From an uncultured Verrucomicrobiae bacterium (lineage in GTDB: Bacteria > Verrucomicrobiota > Verrucomicrobiia > Chthoniobacterales > UBA10450): 64,000 nt of DNA. This document shows positions 10,088 through 20,943 of this stretch, piece by piece. Within the stretch, counting starts at the first letter, position 1; every line of letters starts with the position of its first letter. The translations under genes were made by a program, and so were the position numbers. The notes under the pieces were generated by a model. That model did no database searches. It saw nothing but the letters and a program-made list of their open reading frames with translations, and was not told the DNA's origin. The stretch is from the NCBI GenBank assembly GCA_963756875.1, contig CAVWPA010000003.1, forward strand, positions 1,472,001 to 1,536,000. Direction: 5' to 3'.

Positions 10088-11029
10088 TTAGATTTCGTCC
10101 GGATGGGTCAGTTCGACGAACACGTCTTCGAGCGTGGCGCGGCGCTGCGTCAACTCACGCACCGTCCAATGCCGCGCGGTCGCGAGCCGGAAGATTTCCT
10201 CGCGTAAGTCCACTCCCGATTCCACTCGTAACGAGAAGAGTTTCCAATCGCCATCGACATCCGTCGTCACGTCGCGCACCCCGGAGATTTTTTGCAATTC
10301 CTCGGCGCCGTCATCGTTCCCGACTTTCGCTTCGACAACCACGCCGCCCGCGCGCCGGATTTTTCCGAGCAGGTTTCCCGGAGTATCACACGCCTCGATT
10401 CGTCCTTTGTGGATGATAATGACCCGGCTGCAAGTCATCTCCACCTCCGGTAAAATATGTGTCGAAAGCAAAATGGTGTGCTGTTTGCCCAGGTTCTTGA
10501 TCAGCTCGCGCACCTGTCGGATTTGGTTTGGGTCGAGACCGATCGTTGGTTCGTCGAGAATCAGAAGATCCGGCTCGTGCAACAGCGCGTCCGCCAGGCC
10601 GACACGCTGGCGATAACCCTTCGATAATGTGCCGATTATCTTTTTCTCCACGTCCTTGAGCCCGCAAAGCTCTTTCACGTCGCCTACGCGTTCCGCTACT
10701 TTGCGATGCGGCACGTCTTTTAGCGCCGCGCGATAATCGAGGTACTCGGTCACGCGCATATCATTATAGAGAGGCACGCTTTCCGGCATGTAACCGAGGT
10801 GCGCGCGCGCCTGGAGCGATTGGTCGAAAATGTCGAAGCCGGCGATCGACGCCCGGCCGGACGTGGCGGGCATGAACCCGGCCAGGATGCGCATGGTCGT
10901 TGTTTTGCCCGCGCCGTTCGGGCCGAGGAACCCCATGATTTCGCCCTGACCGACCTCGAAGCTTAAATCTTTGATGGCGGTATGGCCTGCGTAACGCTTG
11001 GTAAGATTTTCGACTTTAATCATTGCCAA
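10088..11029 (-). CDS. ABC transporter ATP-binding protein (GldA-like)
   Basis: GPNGAGKTT, LSKGYRQR and LILDEPTIGLDP motifs. Confidence 0.95.
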   Translation of the reverse strand: MAMIKVENLTKRYAGHTAIKDLSFEVGQGEIMGFLGPNGAGKTTTMRILAGFMPATSGRASIAGFDIFDQSLQARAHLGYMPESVPLYNDMRVTEYLDYRAALKDVPHRKVAERVGDVKELCGLKDVEKKIIGTLSKGYRQRVGLADALLHEPDLLILDEPTIGLDPNQIRQVRELIKNLGKQHTILLSTHILPEVEMTCSRVIIIHKGRIEACDTPGNLLGKIRRAGGVVVEAKVGNDDGAEELQKISGVRDVTTDVDGDWKLFSLRVESGVDLREEIFRLATARHWTVRELTQRRATLEDVFVELTHPDEI

Positions 11030-11087
11030 TTCTTTGATGAGACAACCGAAACGCTCTGGCGTTGGCGAAAATTTTTTCTAAAATTAT

Positions 11088-12302
11088 TTAGCGCGCTGTC
11101 AACCGCACGGTCTCGATTCGATGTTGAGCGCCATTGGAACGGACCACGCCCACCGCGAAATCGACATTCGATCCACTCTTCACCGCGCTGAGTAAATGTT
11201 CAACCTGTGCGACCGAATTGACCTCCTGCTGACCCACCCGGTAAATCACAAGGCCCCGTTCGATTCCCACTTCGTCGGCGGGGCTGTCGGGCTCCACGGA
11301 GCTCACCAGTACGCCATGGCCGCGCGCGTATCCAAGCGCGTCGGCCAGTTCTCCGGTCAGATCCTGTAACTGCATCCCGAAGAAACGTTCGGTGTTGGAT
11401 GCCGCTGTCGTTTCGGCTGCCGGTTTCTCGTTAGGCGGCGGCTGTTTCTCGGCTATTTTTTTAAATCGGGCGACGCTTTCTCGCACTATGCTTGCCGGGA
11501 TGGCAAAGCCGAGTCCCTGAGTTGGAATTCCCTGAGGAGTGAAAGCCATCTTCGCGGAGCTGATGCCGACAAGCCGCCCCGAAATGTCGATGAGCGGGCC
11601 ACCGCTGTTCCCCGGATTGATCGCGGCATCCGTCTGCACCAAATCTTTGTACTGGGTGTTCTCCACGACGATGTTGCGGTTGGTTGCGCTTAATACGCCG
11701 CGGCTGATCGAGCTGCCGTAACCGACTGCGTTGCCCACCACGATCACGGTTTCGCCCAGCAGGTTTGGTGAAATGTTATCGAGATTGATAAATGGGAACG
11801 GCCCTTTCGCGTCGATCTTAATAAATGCCAGGTCCTTCTTGTCGTCGCCGGTGATGTAATGTGCCTTGTACGTTTTACCGTCATTCGTCGTGACCTGTAT
11901 TTTCAAATCGGCGGCCCGCTCGACCACGTGCTGGTTGGTGACGATGTAGCCCGCCGGGTCGACGATGAAACCTGAGCCGAGGCTTTGCAGAGTCTGGCGA
12001 ATCTCCCGGGGACGGCTCCGGTAATACCCAAAGAATTGCGCGTAGAAATCGTCGAAAGGATCGCGCACCGTGCGCCGGACGACTCGCTCGGTGTCGATAT
12101 TCACAACTGCGGGAAGAACTTTTGCCACCGCTCGAACAACCGGCTCGGCTGCCGGGTCGGTTTGCGCGAACGAAGGGATTCGATGCGGTAAAGAGGAGAG
12201 CTGGCTGAGAAGATCGCGCGGGCATGCACCCGATTCGGGTAGCGCACGCGCTCTCGCGTGCCGGCGCTGCGCGTCCTCGCGCTCGCGAACTTTTCTTGGC
12301 AT
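11088..12302 (-). CDS. HtrA/DegP-family serine protease with PDZ domain; true N-terminus uncertain
   Basis: SLGSGFIVD, TNQHVV and QTDAAINPGNSGGPL motifs, C-terminal PDZ. The ORF-track N-terminus runs through a REPIN. Confidence 0.85.
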   Translation of the reverse strand: MPRKVREREDAQRRHARARALPESGACPRDLLSQLSSLPHRIPSFAQTDPAAEPVVRAVAKVLPAVVNIDTERVVRRTVRDPFDDFYAQFFGYYRSRPREIRQTLQSLGSGFIVDPAGYIVTNQHVVERAADLKIQVTTNDGKTYKAHYITGDDKKDLAFIKIDAKGPFPFINLDNISPNLLGETVIVVGNAVGYGSSISRGVLSATNRNIVVENTQYKDLVQTDAAINPGNSGGPLIDISGRLVGISSAKMAFTPQGIPTQGLGFAIPASIVRESVARFKKIAEKQPPPNEKPAAETTAASNTERFFGMQLQDLTGELADALGYARGHGVLVSSVEPDSPADEVGIERGLVIYRVGQQEVNSVAQVEHLLSAVKSGSNVDFAVGVVRSNGAQHRIETVRLTAR

Positions 12303-12403
12303 GCGAAGCGGAATTTTGTCGTCCGATGGAGCCGAAAACCGGACGGGAAGTTCGTCCCAGCGGGACGCCGGGACAGCGCGCGAGATCGCGTCGCGCTGAC
12401 CGG
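12236..12403. repeat. REPIN-like composite inverted repeat
   Basis: GGTAGCGCACGCGCTCTCGCGTGC is answered by GCGCGCGAGATCGCGTCGCGCTGACC, with inner hairpins. Confidence 0.6.
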
Positions 12404-12532
12404 GAGTGCCGCGCTAATCGCGCGCAACGATCCAAACATTTCCAAAGCCGTCATGCATTGCGAAGCAAGTAACGAGGCTGCGTCGGGACTGTCAACTTGC
12501 CGCTCCACGTAATGGGCGCAGATTAAATCATA

Positions 12533-15319
12533 ATGCACACTTCAATCGCGGCCCGGGCAAATCTGGAGCTGATAGAAGAAAATTACCGGCGTTGGCAGGC
12601 GGATCCCGATTCGGTCGACTCAGGTTGGTCGGCATTTTTCGAGGGGTTCGAGCTTGGGAACCTGCCTCAGCGAAATGGCGCGGCGGTTGGTGCTGCACCG
12701 CGCCAGCGCGGCGTTCGTGAGAGCCCGCTGCAAACGCGCATCGACGGGCTGGTCTACGCCTATCGCACGCTTGGTCATACCATCGCGCGCGTCAATCCAC
12801 TCGCCGAGAAGCGTCCGGAAAATCCGTTGCTAGCTCTGCGCGAACTCGGTTTCAGCGAAAAGGACCTCGATCTTCGCGTTTCGTCGAAGTTCTTCCTCGA
12901 CAACAAAGAGATGACGTTGCGCGAGATGATCGCCCGCCTGGAAAGAATTTATGCCGACACCATCGGCGCCGAGTTTATGCACATCCAGAACACGCGTATT
13001 CGCAACTGGGTGCGGCACCGACTGGAATCGCGGCCCGACAAGCATTCCACTCCGCGTCAGGTGCAGGTGGCGTTGTTGCGCGCGTTGCTCGAGGCCGAAT
13101 CGTTCGAGATCTTTTTGCACTCGCGCTACGTCGGCCAGAAACGCTTCTCGCTACAGGGTGCCGAGTCGTTGATGGTGATTCTCGATACGATCCTTCACAA
13201 ATGCCCTGGTTCGGGCATCGAAGAAATCTGCATGGGGATGGCCCATCGCGGCCGTCTGAACGTGCTGGCAAATCTTTTGAAGAAATCGCTGCGTGTGATC
13301 TTCACCGAGTTTAGCGACAATTATATCCCTAACCTGGTGTCCGGCGACGGCGACGTAAAATATCACCTTGGGTATCGGACCGTTCGAAAGCTTTCGTCAG
13401 GCGCGGAAGTGGAGATTCGCCTCTCCGCAAACCCGAGCCACCTCGAAGCGGTTGATCCGGTTGTCGAAGGCACCGCGCGCGCACGCCAGCGGATCCGCGG
13501 CGACATCGAACATCGCCGCAAGGTCCTGCCGCTTCTGATCCATGGCGACGCGGCTTTTGCGGGGCAGGGGATTGTCGCGGAGACATTGAACATGTCGCAA
13601 CTGGAAGGTTACGGAACCGGCGGCACCGTCCACGTAGTGGTGAACAATCAGATCGGCTTCACGACACTTCCCGAAGACGCGCGCTCGTCGCTGTACGCCA
13701 CCGACATCGCAAAAATGATCGAGGCGCCGATTTTTCATGTGAACGGCGATGATCCCCTTGCGAACATGTTCGTTAGTCAGCTGGCGCTCGATTTTCGCCA
13801 GGAATTCGGGCGCGACGTTTTCATCGACATGTATTGCTATCGCCGTTACGGGCACAACGAGGGCGACGAGCCGGCGTTCACTCAGCCCGATCTCTACGCC
13901 AGGATCGACAAGCGCCCGTCGGTCACGCAGTTGTACAAACGCGAGCTTCTCGAAGCTGGAACGCTGACTGACGACGACGCGGCGTCTCTCGAAACGGAGT
14001 TCGATCTCCGGCTGGAGATGGCGCTCGATCGTGTAAAGGCGATCGAGAAAGAGAAAGCAGGCAAGCAGGCGAGATTCATAGAATCCACTGCTGTCTTTCA
14101 ACCGGAATACAGCAGCCTTTCGGGACCGACCGCAATCAGCGAGGAGATGCTAAAGACGATCGTCGCCGGCCTGGTGCGCGTGCCGGACGATTTCGACGTT
14201 CAGCCGAAGATCAAACGGATCGTGCTCGAATATCGGCGCAAAGTTTTCGAGGAAGGCGGGCCGTATGAATGGCATTACGCCGAGTTGCTGGCCCTGGGCT
14301 CGCTTCTGCTGGAGGGGATTCCAGTGAGATTGTCCGGGCAGGACAGCGCGCGCGGGACTTTCAGCACGCGGCACGCGATCCTTTACGACGCAAAGACCGG
14401 CGCGCCGTACGTGCCACTCATGCATCTGGGTGAAAAACCCTCCTCCGCCGAGGCTACGGCGGGCAGGCAGGCGCGCATCTGCATTTATAACAGTCCGCTC
14501 TCGGAATCCGCTGTTCTTGGATTCGACTATGGATACTCGCTCAATTATCCCGACTTGTTGTGTTTGTGGGAAGCGCAGTTCGGCGATTTTGCCAACGGCG
14601 CGCAAACAATTATCGATCAGTTCATTGTTTCGGCGGAATCAAAGTGGCAGCGGCCCAGCGGGATCGTATTGCTTCTGCCGCACGGTTATGAAGGCCAGGG
14701 ACCGGAGCATTCCAGTGCGCGGCTCGAACGTTTTCTGCAGCTTTGCGCCGAGGACAACATCCAGGTTTGCAATCTAACGACTGCTGCCCAGTACTTTCAC
14801 GTTTTACGGCGCCAGATGAAACGCAACTTCATCAAGCCGCTGGTCATCATGACGCCTAAAAGTTTGCTGCGCGCGAAGTTCGCGTCTTCTCCGGCGGAGG
14901 AATTCATCAATGGCCGGTTCGAGGAAATTCTCGGTTCGTCTGGCACAGTGGGTTCCGCCGGCAAAATGAAGCGGATCATCCTTTGTTCCGGCAAGGTGTA
15001 TTACGACCTGGTCGATTACCGAACCAAACGAAAGATTAACAATGCGGCCATCATTCGCATCGAGCAGCTTTATCCGCTCGCGGAGAAAAAGCTTCGCGAA
15101 ATGCTCAAGCCGTTTCCGAAAGGCGCGAAACTCATTTGGTGCCAGGAAGAACCGCGAAACATGGGCGCGTGGAGCTTCATCGAGCCGCGGCTGCGCACCA
15201 TGTTCTGCCGTGACATCGCGTATGCGGGACGCAGCGCCAGCGCCAGTCCTGCCGTCGGCGCGCTGGCCCGGCACAAGCGCGAACAGGCGACGCTCATCGC
15301 CGACGCGTTTTCGCTTTAA
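12533..15319 (+). CDS. sucA: 2-oxoglutarate dehydrogenase E1
   Basis: GMAHRGRLN, GDVKYHLG, HGDAAFAGQG and GQGPEHSSARLER motifs. Confidence 0.97.
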   Translation: MHTSIAARANLELIEENYRRWQADPDSVDSGWSAFFEGFELGNLPQRNGAAVGAAPRQRGVRESPLQTRIDGLVYAYRTLGHTIARVNPLAEKRPENPLLALRELGFSEKDLDLRVSSKFFLDNKEMTLREMIARLERIYADTIGAEFMHIQNTRIRNWVRHRLESRPDKHSTPRQVQVALLRALLEAESFEIFLHSRYVGQKRFSLQGAESLMVILDTILHKCPGSGIEEICMGMAHRGRLNVLANLLKKSLRVIFTEFSDNYIPNLVSGDGDVKYHLGYRTVRKLSSGAEVEIRLSANPSHLEAVDPVVEGTARARQRIRGDIEHRRKVLPLLIHGDAAFAGQGIVAETLNMSQLEGYGTGGTVHVVVNNQIGFTTLPEDARSSLYATDIAKMIEAPIFHVNGDDPLANMFVSQLALDFRQEFGRDVFIDMYCYRRYGHNEGDEPAFTQPDLYARIDKRPSVTQLYKRELLEAGTLTDDDAASLETEFDLRLEMALDRVKAIEKEKAGKQARFIESTAVFQPEYSSLSGPTAISEEMLKTIVAGLVRVPDDFDVQPKIKRIVLEYRRKVFEEGGPYEWHYAELLALGSLLLEGIPVRLSGQDSARGTFSTRHAILYDAKTGAPYVPLMHLGEKPSSAEATAGRQARICIYNSPLSESAVLGFDYGYSLNYPDLLCLWEAQFGDFANGAQTIIDQFIVSAESKWQRPSGIVLLLPHGYEGQGPEHSSARLERFLQLCAEDNIQVCNLTTAAQYFHVLRRQMKRNFIKPLVIMTPKSLLRAKFASSPAEEFINGRFEEILGSSGTVGSAGKMKRIILCSGKVYYDLVDYRTKRKINNAAIIRIEQLYPLAEKKLREMLKPFPKGAKLIWCQEEPRNMGAWSFIEPRLRTMFCRDIAYAGRSASASPAVGALARHKREQATLIADAFSL
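14438..14467 (+). repeat. 30-bp palindromic repeat inserted in frame in sucA (PSSAEATAGR)
   Basis: CCTCCGCCGAGGCTACGGCGGGCAGG; related copies at 44423-44448, 42870-42895, and reversed at 44292-44318 and 35016-35055. Confidence 0.75.
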
Positions 15320-15326
15320 GGATTGT

Positions 15327-15387
15327 TGTAGAGGCAGGCGTGTCGCCTGCAATCTTCTTAAAGCAGCCGACACGGCTGCCTCTACAG
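15327..15387. repeat. GTAG-type REPIN between sucA and sucB
   Basis: TGTAGAGGCAG...CTGCCTCTACA terminal inverted repeat with two inner hairpins. Confidence 0.8.
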
Positions 15388-15488
15388 CGCTCTCGCTGCC
15401 GATTTATGGTCGCTCTCACGCGTGTCATCCCGAGCGGAGCGAATGTTTGATTCGACCAGTGGTTTTTTCTGCGCTTAGTTAGGCGCAG

Positions 15489-16754
15489 ATGGCAATCGAA
15501 GTAAAAATTCCCGCAGTCGGCGAGTCGATCTCCAGCGGTATCGTGTCAGTCTGGCACAAAAAATCCGGTGATTTTGTCAATGCCGGCGACGCGCTTTTTA
15601 CCCTCGAGACCGACAAGGTTTCCACCGAGATCACGGCGGAAAAAGCAGGCCTGCTCGAAACAATGGTACCGGAAGGCCAGGAAGTGAAAATCGGCGAAGT
15701 GGTGGCCACGATCGACGATTCCAAAACAGCTCCTGCCCCTGTACCCGCCCCGAAAGCTTTCGGGGCTGACCGCGGCCAGCCCGCTAGCGCGCGGGCTGAA
15801 GAAGATCACAGAAAACCGGGGTCGGCGACCCCGGCTGCAGGCGCGCTTTCTCCTGCCGTGCGCCGAATCGTTGAGGAAGAACATATCGCACCGGCAAAAA
15901 TTTCCGGGACCGGCAGGGGCGGCCGCCTAACGAAAGGGGATGTCCTCGCCGCGACGGAGGAGAAATCTGAATCTGTAGGGGAAGCTGCCTCGCTCGCGAA
16001 GCCTTTCGGAGTTAGCTTCCCGTCGTCGGTCTCAGAAAATCGCCAATCCTCCGATGGCCGGTTTGTTCGCAAACGAATGTCGCCGTTGCGCCGCAAAATC
16101 GCGGCTCAACTGGTCATGGCGCAACATACCGCTGCCATTCTCACCACGTTCAACGAATGCGACATGACGGCCGTCCAGGAATTGCGCACAAAATCGCAGG
16201 AAGCATTCACAAAAAAGAACGGCGTAAAGCTGGGGTTCATGTCGTTCTTCATTAAAGCCTGCGTGGAAGCGCTGAAAACCGTGCCCGTAGTCAATGGCCG
16301 CATCGAGGACGAAGATTTCATTCAAAACAATTTCTACGACATTGGCGTGGCGGTAGGGACGGAACGCGGACTCATCGTGCCGGTGGTGCGCGACGCCGAT
16401 AAAAAGAGTTTTGCCGATCTGGAGCGGGACATCGCTGATTACGCGGCCAAGGCCCGCGAGGGAAAAGTGAAGATTGAAGATTTGCAGGGCGGTACATTCA
16501 CCATCTCCAACGGCGGAGTGTACGGCTCGCTATTGAGCACACCGATTTTGAATCCGCCACAGAGCGGAATTCTGGGCATGCACAAAATCATGCCGCGCCC
16601 GGTGGCAATCGACGGCAAGGTCGAAGTGCGCCCCATGATGTATCTCGCGCTCAGTTACGATCACCGCGCGGTGGACGGAAAAGAAGGGGTCGCGTTCCTC
16701 ATCAAAGTGAAGGAATGCATCGAGGACCCCAAAAATTTGCCCCTCGATTTCTAG
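15489..16754 (+). CDS. sucB: Dihydrolipoyllysine-residue succinyltransferase E2
   Basis: ETDKV lipoyl site, [13 protein letters not shown] and [11 protein letters not shown] motifs. Confidence 0.97.
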   Translation: MAIEVKIPAVGESISSGIVSVWHKKSGDFVNAGDALFTLETDKVSTEITAEKAGLLETMVPEGQEVKIGEVVATIDDSKTAPAPVPAPKAFGADRGQPASARAEEDHRKPGSATPAAGALSPAVRRIVEEEHIAPAKISGTGRGGRLTKGDVLAATEEKSESVGEAASLAKPFGVSFPSSVSENRQSSDGRFVRKRMSPLRRKIAAQLVMAQHTAAILTTFNECDMTAVQELRTKSQEAFTKKNGVKLGFMSFFIKACVEALKTVPVVNGRIEDEDFIQNNFYDIGVAVGTERGLIVPVVRDADKKSFADLERDIADYAAKAREGKVKIEDLQGGTFTISNGGVYGSLLSTPILNPPQSGILGMHKIMPRPVAIDGKVEVRPMMYLALSYDHRAVDGKEGVAFLIKVKECIEDPKNLPLDF

Positions 16755-16832
16755 ACAGGCAGGGACAAACGCCGGTGTTAATGAGAGGGCAAAGTTGCAT
16801 CCGCGGATTTCTTCGGCGATTGCAGATCTGTT

Positions 16833-18267
16833 ATGTCGAGTGAAAGTGCCAGTCCGGCTCGGACAAAATTTGATGTTGTGATCATCGGCTCCGGCCCGGG
16901 CGGCTACGTTGCCGCGATTCGCGCCGGACAGCTTGGATTAAAGACGGCCATCGTTGAAAAAGACAAGGAACTTGGCGGCACTTGTCTGAACATCGGCTGC
17001 ATTCCGAGCAAAGCGCTCCTGACTTCGAGCGATCACTTCGTGTTCGCGAAAAAGGAAGCCGAGAAACACGGCATCGTGATCGATAACGTCCATGTCGATC
17101 TTCCGAAGATGCAGCAGCGCAAGGAAAAGGTGGTCAAAACGCTTACCGGCGGCGTGCGGGCGCTGATGAAAACCAACAAGGTCGTTACCTTCGAAGGGTT
17201 CGGCACCATCGTCGCGCCGGGAAAAGTGTCGGTTCAATCCTCAAAAGGCGACACGCAGGAAATTGAGACGACAAATATCGTGATCGCCACCGGCAGCGTG
17301 CCGGTTGAGCTGCCATTTGCGAAATTCGACGGCGAAACGATTGTCAGCAGCACGGAAGCTCTTTGCTTCACCGAAGCGCCGAAGAAATTTCTCGTCATTG
17401 GCGCAGGCGCGATTGGTCTTGAGCTCGGGTCGGTCTGGAACCGGCTCGGATCGGAAGTGACTATCCTCGAATTCTTGCCGCGCATCGCCATTGGGTTCGA
17501 TCTCGAGTTGTCGAACATGCTTCAACGGTCGCTCACCGCGCAGGGGATCACATTCCACCTCGAAGCCAAAGTGAGCGCGGTCAAAGTTGAGAACGGGCGC
17601 GTCACAGCCACGGCGACGAAAGGCAAGGAGGAATTGAAGTTCGAGGCGGACAAGGTGCTGGTGTCAGTCGGGCGCCGTCCGTTCAGCGAAGGCGTCGGCG
17701 CGGAAAAGATCGGTGTCGAATTCGATGAAAGAAAGCGGATCAAAGTGGACAAACAGTACCAAGACCAGCGTCGAAGGCATTTACGCCATTGGCGACGTGA
17801 TCGACGGCCCGATGCTGGCGCATAAGGCCGAAGACGAGGGGATTGCCTGCGTCGAAAATATCGCCGGCCAATCAGGCCACGTGAATTATGACGCGATCGC
17901 AGGAATCATTTACACGAATCCGGAGCTTGCCGGAGTCGGACTCACCGAAGATCAGGCGAAAGAAAAAAGCGTCGATGTGCGGATTGGAAAGTTTCCATTT
18001 CGCGCCAACGGCCGCGCGCTGGCGAACGACGAGCTCGACGGCGTGGTCAAGTTCGTGGCGGAGGCAAAGACCGACCGCGTTCTCGGCGTGCATATTTTGC
18101 AGCACGCGGCTTCGGAATTGATCGCTGAAGCCGTATCGGTCATTGAATTCGGAGGCAGCTCGGAAGATGTCGCGCGGACCTGTCATTCGCATCCGACGCT
18201 TAGCGAGGCAGTCAAAGAAGCAGCGATGAATGTGGAGAAACGCGCGCTGCACATCGTGAATCGGTAA
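16833..18267 (+). CDS. lpdA: Dihydrolipoyl dehydrogenase E3, split by a +1 frameshift near 17760
   Basis: [13 protein letters not shown] in frame 16833-17825 and HPTLSEA in frame 17713-18267; extra C in CAGTACCAAG. Confidence 0.93.
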
Positions 18268-18440
18268 GGCGCGATTGGCGCCCGCTTGTCTCTGCGAAAC
18301 GGAACAAGGATGTTCGATGGAATGCCGCGACCTCACTTGGGCCTCCCGACGCTGCACTGCCTCGTTAGACTTGACTGCTTAAAGCAGTCAAGTTCCAGGC
18401 ACGCTGCTTCCCTTGAAGATTTGGATCGCGAGCCGCCAAA

Positions 18441-19730
18441 CTACCTCGCGTTTGCTTCGCGGCGTCGGATTGCAAATAGCGTGACGAACCCCGAGACCGC
18501 GCAAACGATCGCGCCAAAACCAAGTGCGAACGGCGTGCCTAGCCAATGCGCAAGTACTCCGGCTTCCAGACTGCCAAGCGGGATCATCGCGCCAAAAACG
18601 AGCGACCAGACACCCATGACGCGGCCGCGCATCTCATCGGGCACTATTGTTTGCAGCACCGTGTTTGAGGTCGAAAAGAACAGAAGCATCCCGAAGCCGG
18701 AGAAGAGAAGAAAAACAAGCGCGAGGTAAAAATTTTGCGTCAATGAAAACGCCAGCAACGCTGCGGAAAACATCCAGACGCCGCCGAGGGCAAGTTTCCG
18801 GGGAGTGAACAGATGCCCGTAGGTGGCCACCACCAGGGCGCCGACAAGCGCGCCGGTCCCACTGGCCGACATCAGGATCCCGTATCCATTTGCGCCCCGC
18901 CCGAGCACGTCGCGCGCAAACGCCGGCATCAGCACGGCGTACGACCAGCCAAAAGCTCCTACCGCGAAAAACAACAGCAAAATCGTGCGGACGCGTTGAT
19001 GCCTTATTGAATACACAATGCCGTTCCATGCATGTTCCCGGGCGGAAACGACCCGGGCCGGCCGCTCGAACGGCGCCAGGCGCATCATCAGCAGGCCGGC
19101 GATCACCGCGACAAAGGTGATGCCGTTCAGGAAAAAACACATCGCCACACCGACCGCCCCGATGATCAGCCCTGCGATCGACGGACCAACGACACGCGCA
19201 CCGTTGACGATCGAACTGTTTAACGAGATGGCGTTCAGCAAATCTTCACGGCTCGCCATCTCGACCGTGAAAGCCTGGCGCGCAGGCATGTCGAAGCCCA
19301 TGGCGATGCCATTGAGCGCCGAGATGACGATGATAAAGAGTGGCGTTGCAAATCCGGCCCATGCGCCGGCAGCCAGCAAAAACGCGAAGAGCATTTGTGC
19401 GCTTTGTGTGGCCAGAAGAATCGATCGTTTCGGGTAAAGATCGGCCAGCGTTCCGCCCCAGATCGAGAACAACATCATCGGCGCGGACCCGACAGCCGCT
19501 ACCGTGCCGAGCAACAGTTTTGAATGTGTAATGTCGTACACGAACCAACTCATCGCGGTCTGTTGCATCCAGGTGCCAGTGAGCGACACCAGTTGTCCCC
19601 AAAAAAAGAGGCGGTAATTCCGATGCCGCAGCGCCCGGAACGTGTGTCGCCATGTCACTCCACCCACCGGCATCCGCCGTGGCCGGCCGCTGATGTCTTC
19701 CGGTACGCGGGCGGTTTCCGTTGTTGGCAT
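18441..19730 (-). CDS. MFS transporter
   Basis: FRALRHRNYRLFFWGQLVS and VPDEMRGRVM motifs; about 12 TM helices. Confidence 0.9.
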   Translation of the reverse strand: MPTTETARVPEDISGRPRRMPVGGVTWRHTFRALRHRNYRLFFWGQLVSLTGTWMQQTAMSWFVYDITHSKLLLGTVAAVGSAPMMLFSIWGGTLADLYPKRSILLATQSAQMLFAFLLAAGAWAGFATPLFIIVISALNGIAMGFDMPARQAFTVEMASREDLLNAISLNSSIVNGARVVGPSIAGLIIGAVGVAMCFFLNGITFVAVIAGLLMMRLAPFERPARVVSAREHAWNGIVYSIRHQRVRTILLLFFAVGAFGWSYAVLMPAFARDVLGRGANGYGILMSASGTGALVGALVVATYGHLFTPRKLALGGVWMFSAALLAFSLTQNFYLALVFLLFSGFGMLLFFSTSNTVLQTIVPDEMRGRVMGVWSLVFGAMIPLGSLEAGVLAHWLGTPFALGFGAIVCAVSGFVTLFAIRRREANAR

Positions 19731-19874
19731 CGCTTGATAAAGCCCGTCTATGACCGGCGGTCAACGACGGGAACAGCGATCCTGCGCCGGGGAGCGAGGC
19801 AAACCCCCTAACAATTTATGCTTGGCAGCATGTGTCATTTACGGTCAAATGCCGCGACCGGATCGAAAGCAGCC

Positions 19875-20831
19875 ATGCAAATCAAGTTTTTGAAGCTAAA
19901 TGTGCTCTCACAAGGTGCAGCCTTGTGTGGCGTGATTGTGATGCTCGCGACCGGGGCCAGCAATGCGCGCGCAGGACTGTTTGATGTTCCAGCCGGGCCG
20001 GCCGACTGGAACGGACCGTACGTGGGGTTCGATACGGGCGTCGTGTGGGATCATTATGATATCGGAACCTACCGCGGGGCCGTCAATCTTGGAGGACAGT
20101 TTGACCAAATCGTGATCAAGATGCCTTCTCCCGGCGACGGCGCCCAGCAAATCGATCCCCCAATTGCCCCAATCGGTTTCATCTCATTTTTCGCCCCCGG
20201 ACATAGCGACACCGACATGGCGCCCATCGGCGGTTTGCACGTTGGCTACAACAAGCAATTCGGCCACATTGTCGCGGGTTTTGAATTCGGATTTGACGGC
20301 ACCCAAACCAGCAAAGGATCGGAGTTTCGGGATTTTCAAACCAACTTCCTTTTCGACAATCTGTTTCGGTCCGAGACGCGTTTCGATTCCAGCCGGCGTG
20401 CGGAAAGGAACTGGGACGGGTACGTGGGCGGGCAGTTAGGCTATGCCTGGGGGCGTTTCCTTTTTTATGCTTCCGGCGGCTATACCTTTGCGGATGTGGC
20501 TGTCTACTCCTTCGACAGAGCCAGGACCGCTTTCTTTGAGAACCTGTTTACGGATGGACTGCCAATCAACGGCTTTATCGGTCAGGTATCGAGCCGGGAG
20601 TATTCGGTGACCAGCGATATACAAAATGGATGGTTTGCCGGCGGCGGCACCCAGTACGCGCTCAATAATAAGGTGAGCATTGGACTGGAGTACCGGCACT
20701 CGGATTTTGGTGATGAAACCTATCGCTTCAAGCCGATGCATCCGATCTTCTCCGGAGCGACCAATGTCAACCTGAGCAGCGATCAGGTAGAGTTTAAGGT
20801 CGATGTCATGCTTGGCCATTTGGGCCACTGA
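19875..20831 (+). CDS. Outer-membrane beta-barrel protein (Omp25/RopB/opacity-like), paralog 1
   Basis: Signal peptide; DWNGPYVG, GGLHVGYNKQFG, LGYAWGRFLFY and GLEYRHSDFG strands. Confidence 0.85.
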   Translation: MQIKFLKLNVLSQGAALCGVIVMLATGASNARAGLFDVPAGPADWNGPYVGFDTGVVWDHYDIGTYRGAVNLGGQFDQIVIKMPSPGDGAQQIDPPIAPIGFISFFAPGHSDTDMAPIGGLHVGYNKQFGHIVAGFEFGFDGTQTSKGSEFRDFQTNFLFDNLFRSETRFDSSRRAERNWDGYVGGQLGYAWGRFLFYASGGYTFADVAVYSFDRARTAFFENLFTDGLPINGFIGQVSSREYSVTSDIQNGWFAGGGTQYALNNKVSIGLEYRHSDFGDETYRFKPMHPIFSGATNVNLSSDQVEFKVDVMLGHLGH

Positions 20832-20943
20832 GCGACCGGGCAGGTATTACTGCTGAGGCAGGGAAGGCTCAGCAAGATTATCCTTGGCGGGCCTGCCGTT
20901 TTCCTGTCAAATGCCCTAAGCCTTAACCAAGGAGAAAACAAAG

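Noticed and set aside
12226..12538. Long N-terminal extensions or overlapping ORFs upstream of the degP-like gene (similarly for pcm, msbA, GT9, PHP and pxpA)
   Set aside because: They read through REP elements or neighbouring genes; downstream starts fit the families better.
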